32,781 nucleotides of DNA, from the IMG/VR virus record IMGVR_UViG_3300048599_000811, positions 1 to 32,781 of that record, one strand, 5' to 3'. Below the pieces are notes generated by a model. That model worked only from the letters and a program-made list of their open reading frames with translations, searched no databases and was not told the DNA's origin. The translations under genes and the position numbers were made by a program. Origin of the DNA: a virus. Its lineage: Duplodnaviria; Caudoviricetes. Of the stretch, positions 1 to 8,525 are shown piece after piece (the first letter of the stretch is position 1; every line of letters starts with the position of its first letter).

Positions 1-285
1 TTATCCATCAATCAAAGATTTTTCACGCTCCCAAAGCCAATCGAAAATTTCTTCACAATCGGAATTGCAAATCTTATCCGTTTTGCAACGCTCAAATAAT
101 TCTTCTTTGGTCATTCCAAGTTGCATACTGCAAATCCTAGCGGTCGCTTCTGCAATTTGTTCTCTAATTGACTTCTGATTGAGCCAATAATTACCCGAAG
201 TATCACGGGTCATTCTCTTTGTTGGCATTGGGAATTCTGTTTGGATTTCAGAGCCATTAAATGATACGTCTATTCGGTCGTCCAT
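1..285 (-). CDS. hypothetical protein
   Basis: ORF track gives 1..336; in-frame ATG at 285 (MDDRIDV...) minimises overlap with the upstream gene. No recognisable motif. Confidence 0.55.
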   Translation of the reverse strand: MDDRIDVSFNGSEIQTEFPMPTKRMTRDTSGNYWLNQKSIREQIAEATARICSMQLGMTKEELFERCKTDKICNSDCEEIFDWLWEREKSLIDG

Positions 286-530
286 GTGTCGCTCCCAAAT
301 GGTTGATTGTCTGCTATTTGTTCCTTCTGATAACACGGCTTAATTGTTTCGTAGGGATTGCCGTCAAAGTGGATTGTCTTATAAGCTGGCATCTTGTGTG
401 GAGCATAAGGGGACAGGTCTTTAATTTGCTCCTCACACTTCTGAATTCTTCCAGCCAATCCCAACACAGAGAAGAATAAGAAGGCAATTAACAACAGCAA
501 CGATCCTAAAACAAAATTGTCTTTAAGCAT
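270..530 (-). CDS. small membrane-anchored hypothetical protein
   Basis: N-terminal hydrophobic segment FVLGSLLLLIAFLFFSVLGLAG; AAGGAG SD upstream; start overlaps the stop of the RHH ORF (TAATG). Confidence 0.7.
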   Translation of the reverse strand: MLKDNFVLGSLLLLIAFLFFSVLGLAGRIQKCEEQIKDLSPYAPHKMPAYKTIHFDGNPYETIKPCYQKEQIADNQPFGSDTWTTE

Positions 531-670
531 TATTTCTCCTTTGTTGATACGCCAATTTTTCGGCGGATCAATTCAGATAAGGTAATTAGTTTTTCGGCGG
601 CTTCTTTTCTCAAGGAAACAAGCGTTTCTTTTGGTACTACAAAATTGATTTGATAATATTTCTTTTTCAT
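530..670 (-). CDS. ribbon-helix-helix (CopG/Arc/MetJ-like) transcriptional regulator, 46 aa, not in ORF track
   Basis: Manual translation MKKKYYQINFVVPKETLVSLRKEAAEKLITLSELIRRKIGVSTKEK; beta-strand (QINFVV), helix, then the SELIR helix typical of RHH proteins; coupled to the next gene. Confidence 0.8.
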   Translation of the reverse strand: MKKKYYQINFVVPKETLVSLRKEAAEKLITLSELIRRKIGVSTKEK

Positions 671-675
671 AATTC

Positions 676-681
676 TATATA
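676..681. promoter_or_regulatory. palindromic TATATA element between divergent RHH and MTase genes
   Basis: 5 nt from the RHH ATG (minus) and 6 nt from the MTase ATG (plus); same spacing as other TA[A/T/G]ATA copies; neither gene has an SD. Confidence 0.6.
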
Positions 682-687
682 TGGGAT

Positions 688-1230
688 ATGAAAGAGAAAA
701 AATATTCAGTTATTTATGCCGATCCACCTTGGGCATATCAGGATCGAATGAAGGGGACAGGATACGACGAAACAGTCTTTTATCCCACGATGAAATTGAA
801 AGATATTTGCAATCTACCAATACAACAAATAGCAAATGATGATTGCGTTTTGTTTATGTGGGCAACGTCTCCACTGTTACCTGAAGCACTTCAGGTCATT
901 GACGCTTGGGGATTTACTTATCGAACAGTTGCGTTCAATTGGATCAAGACATCAAGCAAAGGCAACTATATGTATAATTTGGGCCGTTGGACTATGGGAA
1001 GCAGTGAGATTTGCTTATTGGCACGCAAAGGAAAGCCACAAAGAATTAAAAAGAACGTCAGGCAATTGGTGGTTGCAGAAAGAACAATTCATAGCCGTAA
1101 GCCGCCCGAGGTTAGAGATAGGATTGTGGAGTTAATGGGCGACGTTCCACGGGTTGAATTGTTTGCACGTGAAATAACAGACGGATGGGATGCGTGGGGC
1201 AATCAGATAGAGTCAACGATTGATATATAA
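688..1230 (+). CDS. MT-A70 family N6-adenine methyltransferase
   Basis: YSVIYADPPW catalytic motif, LFMWAT, WGFTY, HSRKP, ELFAR..GWDAWGNQ. Confidence 0.93.
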   Translation: MKEKKYSVIYADPPWAYQDRMKGTGYDETVFYPTMKLKDICNLPIQQIANDDCVLFMWATSPLLPEALQVIDAWGFTYRTVAFNWIKTSSKGNYMYNLGRWTMGSSEICLLARKGKPQRIKKNVRQLVVAERTIHSRKPPEVRDRIVELMGDVPRVELFAREITDGWDAWGNQIESTIDI

Positions 1231-1233
1231 AGT

Positions 1234-1524
1234 ATGGTCGAAACATACAAACTAAAACTACCCAATTCTTTCCCATACGACAAGATAAAAGAAGGCCGCA
1301 AGGAGGATCATTCTTTTTACAATTCATCGCCTTGGAAAGCAGCACGCAAAATCAAATTAAAGACATCGCCAAGGTGTGAAGTTTGTGGCGGTAAGGATTG
1401 GCTTCAGGTGCATCATATTATCCCGAGGAAAGAACGTCCTGACCTTCAGTACGTTCAAAGCAATTTGAAGACAGAATGCCGCAGTTGCCATACGAGAGGG
1501 CACAAGGCGAAGCCCACCACGTAG
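1234..1524 (+). CDS. HNH endonuclease, terminase-associated (HK97 gp74-like)
   Basis: FYNSSPW..R, CEVC, VHHI, NL..CRSCH; directly upstream of TerS. Confidence 0.9.
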   Translation: MVETYKLKLPNSFPYDKIKEGRKEDHSFYNSSPWKAARKIKLKTSPRCEVCGGKDWLQVHHIIPRKERPDLQYVQSNLKTECRSCHTRGHKAKPTT

Positions 1525-1552
1525 AGGGGTGGCAAGGCAAGACCCACCCGAT

Positions 1553-1635
1553 AGGGGGTCGAAAACTTTTGAGGTTAATAACGCCGCTGCCCGAATTGAG
1601 CCCACCATACCAAATTGCCGGAAATTCGACCCCCT
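1553..1635. promoter_or_regulatory. putative cos / packaging initiation region
   Basis: GC-rich gap between HNH and TerS bounded by perfect 11-bp inverted repeat AGGGGGTCGAA (1553-1563) / TTCGACCCCCT (1625-1635); usual cos position in HK97-like phages. Confidence 0.6.
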
Positions 1636-1652
1636 CCCTTAATAGATAAGGT

Positions 1653-2126
1653 ATGTCGAGACCAGCAAAACCCACCAAAATGAAGGAATTAAGAGGCAGA
1701 AGCCACGAAGGTAAGGCTAACGCCGTTGCAGGAAGCGAGCCGGAAGCCCCTAGCGGCTTCCCAGTTGAGCCCGAGTGGATCGCAAAGAACAAGATAGCCC
1801 ATGCCGAATGGGACAACACCTGCAAGCACCTAGACTCTATGGGCCTTCTCGCCATAACTGACCACACAGTCCTAGAGACCTATTGCTTCACTTATTCCGC
1901 TTGGCGACAGGCAACAAACGATTTGCAAAAGAATGGTGCCGTTTCCGTTGGACAAAAAGGTGGCGGATACGTCAGCCCGTGGCAATGCAATTTTCTAGCG
2001 TTGTCAAAACAACTGCAATCCCTATTGACTGAATTGGGGCTTACCCCAGCAGCAAGAGCAAGGATGCGAATTGTAATTGACAAAAAAGCCACGTCAGGCA
2101 TTAAGCGATTTATTAAGGTTGCTTAA
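1653..2126 (+). CDS. terS: terminase small subunit (P27 family)
   Basis: RPAKPT..K.LRG N-terminus, P.P.W, L..D...LE.YC, ELGLTPAARAR C-terminal signature. Confidence 0.93.
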   Translation: MSRPAKPTKMKELRGRSHEGKANAVAGSEPEAPSGFPVEPEWIAKNKIAHAEWDNTCKHLDSMGLLAITDHTVLETYCFTYSAWRQATNDLQKNGAVSVGQKGGGYVSPWQCNFLALSKQLQSLLTELGLTPAARARMRIVIDKKATSGIKRFIKVA

Positions 2127-2143
2127 TATTTCTATATACCTGT

Positions 2144-3715
2144 ATGGCAAAGAAACGGCTTGACTATACAGATTTGAAATATGCGCCAAAAACACCAGAA
2201 GCCCAAGAGGCAGTTGATTTTATCAATTCTTTGAAGCTGTCCAGCGGTGATTACATTGGCGAGCCAGTGACATTGAGACCTTGGCAAGAGTCAATTGTAA
2301 GATGGATTTTTGGAGCAGTAGACAAAAACGGAAATAGAACGGTCAGCCGTGTATTTCTTATGCTTCCCCGAGGATCGGGGAAAAGTCAATTGGTGGCGTT
2401 TGTGTGTTTATATGCCTTGTGTTGTCTACCGCAAAAAGGACAACAAATATTTTCCATAAGTGCCAGTGAAAAAGAGGCAAAGCATATTTTCAATGCCGCA
2501 GCATGTGCAATTCAAAATGAGAATGACCTAAAAGATTTTTTGGAAATCACGAGCCATCGAATTATCTTTGGCGACAAGTTTTCTTTTTTTGAGGCGATGA
2601 CAGGTGAAGGACGAACGGGCTACAATCCCTCGATGATTTTTATAGATGAATTTCAAGACCTTAAACATAAGAAAGCAATTGAATTAGTCCAGAAGTTTTT
2701 GACGGGCCACGGAAAAAGAAAGTCTAGTGTTCCTGTCATTATGATTTGCACGGGTTCCCCAAATGCTGGCGACTTAATGCGGGAGCAATACGAATACGCT
2801 TGCAAGGTCAGGGATGGAGTGGTAGACAATCCAAGTTATATTCCCATTATATTTCAGGCAGACAAAGATGACCCGTGGGACGATGAAAAGACGTGGTTTA
2901 AGTGTATGCCAGCGTTAGGAGATTTCTACAACATAGAAACACACCGTAAAGAATTCAAGGAAGCCAAAGAAATACCGTCAAAGCGGGTCGAGTTTGAAGC
3001 CTATTATCTAAATCGCTTTACGGCATTTGCAGGCAGTTGGATTTCTGAAGAGGTATGGAAACGCAATAGCGAGCCGCCACGTCTTGACCCTGACACGGTA
3101 TGGTATGGCGGATTTGATCCAGCCTTAAAAATTGATAGCAATTCATTGGTGTTGATTGGTAAAAATACAGCGGGAAAGAATGACGTTATTCCTTTTGTGT
3201 GGTTACCAGAGAAGCGGGTAACGGAATTATCTAAATCAATACCCGAGGTGGAAGAATGGATTGACAAAGACTATTTGCGTATTTGTGGCTATGAAACGAT
3301 TGACCCTGATAGTCTGTTAATTGATATTAAAGACATTTTCACACAATACAACATTAAGCAACTTGGGTGCGATCACTACAAGAAAATGGACCCGTTCGTT
3401 GGGTCGTTGGAAAAAGAGGGATTGCCAGTTTTGTGGATACCTAACACGGTAATGTATGAGACAGAAATATTGAAAGAGTTGGAACGAATGGCGATTGAAG
3501 GGAATTTTTGCCACGGTGGTCATCCTGTATTGAATTGGCACATGAGCAACGCCGTTTGTATTCCAGATAAGAACAACAACTATTTCCTACGCAAGGGACA
3601 CCAAAAACAAAACGATAGTATTTCGGCACTATGGATGGCTTTGTTTCTTCAGATTATGGATAAGCCGACCGAAGAAAGCCAATTGACCGCCGATCAACTG
3701 TTATGTTTTATGTAA
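2144..3715 (+). CDS. terL: terminase large subunit
   Basis: LRPWQ adenine-binding motif, Walker A PRGSGKS, Walker B IFIDE, nuclease GFD motif, HGGHPVLNW. Confidence 0.96.
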   Translation: MAKKRLDYTDLKYAPKTPEAQEAVDFINSLKLSSGDYIGEPVTLRPWQESIVRWIFGAVDKNGNRTVSRVFLMLPRGSGKSQLVAFVCLYALCCLPQKGQQIFSISASEKEAKHIFNAAACAIQNENDLKDFLEITSHRIIFGDKFSFFEAMTGEGRTGYNPSMIFIDEFQDLKHKKAIELVQKFLTGHGKRKSSVPVIMICTGSPNAGDLMREQYEYACKVRDGVVDNPSYIPIIFQADKDDPWDDEKTWFKCMPALGDFYNIETHRKEFKEAKEIPSKRVEFEAYYLNRFTAFAGSWISEEVWKRNSEPPRLDPDTVWYGGFDPALKIDSNSLVLIGKNTAGKNDVIPFVWLPEKRVTELSKSIPEVEEWIDKDYLRICGYETIDPDSLLIDIKDIFTQYNIKQLGCDHYKKMDPFVGSLEKEGLPVLWIPNTVMYETEILKELERMAIEGNFCHGGHPVLNWHMSNAVCIPDKNNNYFLRKGHQKQNDSISALWMALFLQIMDKPTEESQLTADQLLCFM

Positions 3716-3734
3716 GATAGCCATAAATAAGGTT

Positions 3735-5357
3735 ATGGCAATTTTAACAAAACTTTTTGCGTGGTTTGGGCAGAGGTATAACCGCCCATTCACTGGCTAT
3801 TACGGCGTTTCCCAAACAGGCGAAGTTATAACGCCGAATTCTCTCAAAACATCTTGCGGAATATTTAACGATTGCGTCGAGATCCTTGCAAGCGATATTG
3901 GCACCCTTTCGTGGATGCTTTACGGAGTCAATAAGGATGGCGACACCTACAAAGCAAATCGACATCCTCTTTATCGAGTTCTACACGATAACGCTAACCC
4001 CCAAACATCAAGTCAACAGTTTCGTGAATTTTTGATGCGGGAAATTTTGTTTCGTGGTAATGGCTATGCGTACATTGAACGAAACGAAGATTATGAAGTT
4101 GTCAATTTGTGGCAACTTCCTTCCGATACCGTCCAGCCAATTCGCCTTGACGATGGCAGTTATATCTATCAAGTGCAAGGGTTTGACAGACCACTTTCAG
4201 CCGATTTAATCTTTCACGTTTCGGGTATGCAATTGCTGGATGGTGTCATAGGCAAATCAGTTATCGAGAGCCACGCCCAAGAGTTAGGGATTGCCGTTGC
4301 AAGTGCCAAGTATGCCAGCAAGTTTTATAATTCTGGATGTTCACTTTCAGGCGTCGTAACCACAGAGCAAGCACTAGACCCAGAAGTCAAAAAAGCATTG
4401 TCGGAAGCTTGGGAAAAGAATTATTCGGGGGTTGTCAATTCACACAAAACACCTTTCCTTTCCCACGGGTTGAAATATTCGCCAATGGGCTTGTCACCTG
4501 AAGAAAGTCAATTGCTTGAAAGCCGTAAATTATCCGCAATTGAAGTTTGTCGAATGTTTAGAATTCCAGAAGTTTTGGTGAACGTTTCAGACAGAGCCAC
4601 TTGGAGCAATTTAGAAATCTTCAATACATCTTATGTTCAATATACTTTAGCCCGTTGGGTTCACCGATTTGAGAATGAAGCCAATAAAAAGTTATTGACC
4701 GAAGCAGACAAACGAGCAGGCTTTTATAGCGAATTCCTTGTTGACAGCTTATTACGTGGAGACTGGACAACGAAAACAAAGAACTATAAAGAATTGATTT
4801 ATATGGGTGTCATTTCACCTAAGACAGTTGCACAAAGGGAAAACTTGCCATCGGCTGGTGTCTCTGATAAGTGTTTGGTTCCGGTCAATATGCAGGCTAG
4901 CGAACAATTAGGACAGCCACAAGAGCAACCCAAAGAGACAAAGAATTCGATTAGAAATTCCCAAACGAAGGAACAGAAACGACAAAAATATCGTGTCTTA
5001 ATTGAGGATGCTTGCAACCGTTGCAACACCAAAGAAACTAACGCTATTAGTCGATTGGCGAAAAAATGCTTACCCGATAATCAAGACCAATTTGTCACCG
5101 AGTCAGCAGACTTTATTGAAAATCATTCGGATTGTGTGCGGTCTTCCTTCCGTCCAGTCTTGTTGACCTATTCAGTTAAAAAGACAGATCGGATATTACA
5201 CAATATCGTGGAACACTTAAAGAATGATAGTCTTGATTCTTTGGCAAATGCTTTGACAAAGCCAGAGCCACACAAAGCCGTTGAGGGTGTGTTGGAGAAA
5301 TGGAAAACGAGACCCATAAATATAGGTGAGTCATTTTGCAGGGGAGACTTTGAATAA
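3735..5357 (+). CDS. portal protein (HK97 family) with C-terminal extension
   Basis: HPLYRVL..NAN, GNGYAYI, QLLESRK..EVCRMFRIP, LLRGD; follows TerL. Confidence 0.95.
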   Translation: MAILTKLFAWFGQRYNRPFTGYYGVSQTGEVITPNSLKTSCGIFNDCVEILASDIGTLSWMLYGVNKDGDTYKANRHPLYRVLHDNANPQTSSQQFREFLMREILFRGNGYAYIERNEDYEVVNLWQLPSDTVQPIRLDDGSYIYQVQGFDRPLSADLIFHVSGMQLLDGVIGKSVIESHAQELGIAVASAKYASKFYNSGCSLSGVVTTEQALDPEVKKALSEAWEKNYSGVVNSHKTPFLSHGLKYSPMGLSPEESQLLESRKLSAIEVCRMFRIPEVLVNVSDRATWSNLEIFNTSYVQYTLARWVHRFENEANKKLLTEADKRAGFYSEFLVDSLLRGDWTTKTKNYKELIYMGVISPKTVAQRENLPSAGVSDKCLVPVNMQASEQLGQPQEQPKETKNSIRNSQTKEQKRQKYRVLIEDACNRCNTKETNAISRLAKKCLPDNQDQFVTESADFIENHSDCVRSSFRPVLLTYSVKKTDRILHNIVEHLKNDSLDSLANALTKPEPHKAVEGVLEKWKTRPINIGESFCRGDFE

Positions 5358-5950
5358 TGGAAAACCAGATCGAAAAAATATCTTGTAGTTTTAATGCCGT
5401 TGAGATAACGAATTCCGCAGACGGAAAACAAATCCTTAAAGGTGTTGCTTTGCCTTACGGTGAAGTAGAACCATTCAACAAAGACTTTTCTTTGACTTAT
5501 CAATCTGGTTGCATGAATATTCCCACTTATGTGCTTGGGTTGTATGAACACGAAAGAAATCACGTTTTGGCTTCCACAAATCAAGGAACATTGAGAATTG
5601 CAAATTCTGATAAGGAATTGACTCTGGAAATGGACCCACCTACTTTTGATGCCGCTGCTATGGATTTAATCAATAGTGGAAAAACAAAAGGCTTATCAGT
5701 TACAACGATAAATAACCAAATTGTTTGGTCAAAAGATAATGGGCGAATCATTGCAAAAGTTGTCAATTGTGACTTAGATGAAATTTCTGTCACCGATTCG
5801 CCAAGGTTCAGCACTTCACTTAATTTTGAGACGATTAAAAATTCATTAGATGCAGAATTGCAACCACCAACACCAGAACCACCAGCGGTTGACGTAGAAG
5901 CATTACAACAACAACTTGCAATTCTTTCTGCCGAGATAGATTTGTGGTGA
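5357..5950 (+). CDS. prohead maturation protease (HK97 gp4-like)
   Basis: LKGVALPY, YEH (His), GLSV (Ser), LDEISVTDSP; between portal and capsid. Confidence 0.88.
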   Translation: MENQIEKISCSFNAVEITNSADGKQILKGVALPYGEVEPFNKDFSLTYQSGCMNIPTYVLGLYEHERNHVLASTNQGTLRIANSDKELTLEMDPPTFDAAAMDLINSGKTKGLSVTTINNQIVWSKDNGRIIAKVVNCDLDEISVTDSPRFSTSLNFETIKNSLDAELQPPTPEPPAVDVEALQQQLAILSAEIDLW

Positions 5951-5999
5951 GTGGTTTGACAGACCATATTGCGAATCCCATTAGCAAGTCAACACCACG

Positions 6000-6039
6000 A
6001 ATAAAAAACCCTGCAAAATATTTTGCAGGGTTTTTTATT
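6000..6039. terminator. bidirectional intrinsic terminator (perfect 40-bp palindrome)
   Basis: AATAAAAAACCCTGCAAAAT/ATTTTGCAGGGTTTTTTATT with A- and T-tracts. Confidence 0.8.
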
Positions 6040-6158
6040 GTGCCTTGCTAAATACCAATAAGGAAGACTTATTTGTTTAGCCTTATTGGTAGCTGTTGCT
6101 TGACCAGCCAGATGAAAAAGTTTTTCCGAGTTCATTTTGTATTAGGAGAAACTAAAAC

Positions 6159-7376
6159 ATGTCGTATTTAGAAAAAAAAGAAATCAATGAGTTGAAGGGT
6201 CAAGCCCGTAAGTTATTGCAAAATGCCAAGACCGCCGACACCAAAGAAGCCGTTGACGCTATTCTTTGTCAAGTTGAAGACATCAAGGGTGATATTGCAC
6301 GTTTGGAAAAACTTGACAATTCCTCTTTCAATGTTGGTAAAGTTGAATTCCCAATAGAAAAGAAACACAACTTTTCTTTATTCAAAGCCTTGAGACAATC
6401 CGCCCAAGGACACCTTGACGGTTTAGAAAGAGAAGTTTCGGTCGAATTGTCTAATCGTTCAGGCAAATCCTTGAATGCCAATGGCTTCTATTTGCCATTG
6501 AGAAATAGCGTTACCCCATCCAGTGGTGCTGGTGCTATTGCAACGGACGTTTTGACCCAAGATTTTATTGAGCTATTGACCGCCGAAACATTACTCAACA
6601 AACTTGGAGCCAATTTTATCCCTGGTTTGATTGGCAATGTGGCTTTGCCAAAAACAACAAGCGGTGCTTCAACAGAATGGTTTGATCCAACTGCTATCAC
6701 AGACCCAACACAATCCACAGCACCAATTGGTTCGGTACCAATGAACATGGGTGGTATTCGCTCTCAAATTCCAGTTCCCCAGAGCTTTTTAAAACAAGGA
6801 AGCATCGATTGTGAAGGCTATTTGAGAAAACTTTTGGCAAAAGAAATAGCAATTTCCATTGACGTTGCAGGCTTCCAAGGCACTGGTTCTAACAATCAAC
6901 CATTAGGCGTACAAAAAAATACTTCTGTCCCAGTGGTTGCCCTTGGAGCCACAGGTGGAGCCCTTACATTTGCTAAAGCCGTTGCCCAAGAGTCTGCTTT
7001 GGCTTCTAGCAACGCCTTGCGTGGAAAACTCGCTTATGTCACCACTCCAGGTGTTGTCGGTGCAGCTAAAACAACTCCAAAGGTTTCCGGTTATCCAGTT
7101 TTTTTAGTTGAAGACGGCGAATTGAACGGATACCCAATTTATGGCACCACATCCATGCCAAGCAATTGGACTAAATCCACAGCCACAGACTTGCACGGTA
7201 TGACTTTGGGTAATTGGTCTGATTTAAATGTAGGTATTTGGGGCGACGGAGTTGAATTCATCGTCGATCCATACAAATATCCAGGTTCTTTATGCGTTAC
7301 GGCAATTTTAAACGCTCAAATCGCTTTGAGCCACGTTGAAAGCTTCTGTAATATTTCGGATATTTCGGTTGCTTAA
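6159..7376 (+). CDS. major capsid protein (HK97 fold)
   Basis: N-terminal coiled-coil delta domain, GTGSNNQPLG, LNGYP, GNWSDL.VG.WG..E..VDPY; AGGAG SD. Confidence 0.95.
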   Translation: MSYLEKKEINELKGQARKLLQNAKTADTKEAVDAILCQVEDIKGDIARLEKLDNSSFNVGKVEFPIEKKHNFSLFKALRQSAQGHLDGLEREVSVELSNRSGKSLNANGFYLPLRNSVTPSSGAGAIATDVLTQDFIELLTAETLLNKLGANFIPGLIGNVALPKTTSGASTEWFDPTAITDPTQSTAPIGSVPMNMGGIRSQIPVPQSFLKQGSIDCEGYLRKLLAKEIAISIDVAGFQGTGSNNQPLGVQKNTSVPVVALGATGGALTFAKAVAQESALASSNALRGKLAYVTTPGVVGAAKTTPKVSGYPVFLVEDGELNGYPIYGTTSMPSNWTKSTATDLHGMTLGNWSDLNVGIWGDGVEFIVDPYKYPGSLCVTAILNAQIALSHVESFCNISDISVA

Positions 7377-7398
7377 GACTGAATAACTAACACAAAAC

Positions 7399-7431
7399 AA
7401 AGCCTATTGGTGAAAGCCAATAGGCTTTTTT
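7399..7431 (+). terminator. intrinsic terminator after capsid gene
   Basis: AAAGCCTATTGG-TGAAAG-CCAATAGGCTTT followed by T-tract. Confidence 0.85.
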
Positions 7432-7465
7432 ATTGCATTCATCCTAAATACTTGCAGGAGGATTT

Positions 7466-7675
7466 ATGTTTTTTGCTACACGAGATTTTGGATTTGGTAA
7501 TCATATTTATGTTAAGGGGGAAATCGTTCCAATTTGGTCAACGGAAGATTCGGCTAGGCTTCTAAAAGAGGGTGCCGTGGTTAATCAGCCTAACACCAAG
7601 CCTGTTGATGACGTGGAAACACAAGACGTTAAGCCAGTTAAAGAAACACAAGTTATTTCCAAGAGGAAAAAATAA
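7466..7675 (+). CDS. small virion-associated hypothetical protein
   Basis: AGGAGG SD; GEIV...ARLLKEG pattern of small post-capsid proteins; coupled to the next gene. Confidence 0.7.
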   Translation: MFFATRDFGFGNHIYVKGEIVPIWSTEDSARLLKEGAVVNQPNTKPVDDVETQDVKPVKETQVISKRKK

Positions 7676-8229
7676 TGGGATTAGTCCGACTAACAGCACC
7701 GACAACTTTGCCCGTATCTCTCGATACGTTCAAATTACATAGCCACATTGACAGCACGGCGGAAGATACCAATTTGACTTTATATCTTGCTACGGCAACA
7801 GCAACAATTGAGAACTATTTAAGCCGTTCATTGATTACGCAAACGTGGGAATATACAGCCGACAGTTTTCAATCTGTAATGTATCTACCACGTCCTAAAT
7901 TGCAATCAATAACAAGTGTTTATTACTATGACACAGACGGAGTTAAACAACAATTGACCTCTTTTGACTATGAAACAAGTGGAGTATTTGGGTCTATTTT
8001 TCCAAAGGTTAAAGAGCAATTCCCTAGAACGGATCGCAGACCAGGGGCGGTGCAAATCACTTACACAGCAGGTTATGGTGACGCCGACGACATCCCAGAA
8101 GCAATTAAGAGCGGTATTTTAATGTTTGCAAGTGCAATGAATGAATTTCGTGATGCCTACGGGATTTCAATTTCTGAATTGCCTTTACTGTCTCAAATAC
8201 TTGACACATACAAGGTGGTACAACTGTGA
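7675..8229 (+). CDS. head-tail connector (HK97 gp6-like)
   Basis: PVSL...K.H.HID...ED, RSLITQTW, LPRP.LQSI, V.ITYTAGYG, P..IK..IL. Confidence 0.92.
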   Translation: MGLVRLTAPTTLPVSLDTFKLHSHIDSTAEDTNLTLYLATATATIENYLSRSLITQTWEYTADSFQSVMYLPRPKLQSITSVYYYDTDGVKQQLTSFDYETSGVFGSIFPKVKEQFPRTDRRPGAVQITYTAGYGDADDIPEAIKSGILMFASAMNEFRDAYGISISELPLLSQILDTYKVVQL

Positions 8230-8525
8230 AATTAAGATACCAAATCGAACTACAACGAGCCACGATTACCACAGGTGCCACAGGTCAGAGGGAAGAGACA
8301 TGGACCAAATTGGCGACGGTTTGGGCATCGTGCAAACATCAAAACAGCAAAAAGGACGTTGCCGAAAGGGTTGATGAAATACAATCATCGGTGTTATTCA
8401 CTTTGCGTTGTAGGGATTTGACTGGCGATGACCGCATTGTTTGGGACGGAAAGACTTTTATTTTGGTTGGCGATCCAATACCAGACGAAAGACGCTTTTA
8501 TATGTCCGTGGAGGGTGTCAGTTAA
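8226..8525 (+). CDS. head closure / head-tail adaptor (SPP1 gp16-like)
   Basis: LRYQIELQ...TG....W..LATVWA, RIVWDGKTF; gene order. Confidence 0.88.
   Translation: MKLRYQIELQRATITTGATGQREETWTKLATVWASCKHQNSKKDVAERVDEIQSSVLFTLRCRDLTGDDRIVWDGKTFILVGDPIPDERRFYMSVEGVS

Noticed and set aside
688-1524. MTase plus HNH as a type II restriction-modification system
   Set aside because: The HNH has the size, motifs and position of a terminase-associated gp74-like protein.
6000-6039. Protelomerase (telomere resolution) site
   Set aside because: No protelomerase or tyrosine recombinase in the window; A/T tracts and position fit a terminator.
8441-8524. ORF-track N-terminal extensions (8441, 13243, 14712, 16445, 20825, 23766, 30646)
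   Set aside because: They overlap upstream genes or lack initiation signals; downstream ATGs fit SD, coupling or motif spacing better.
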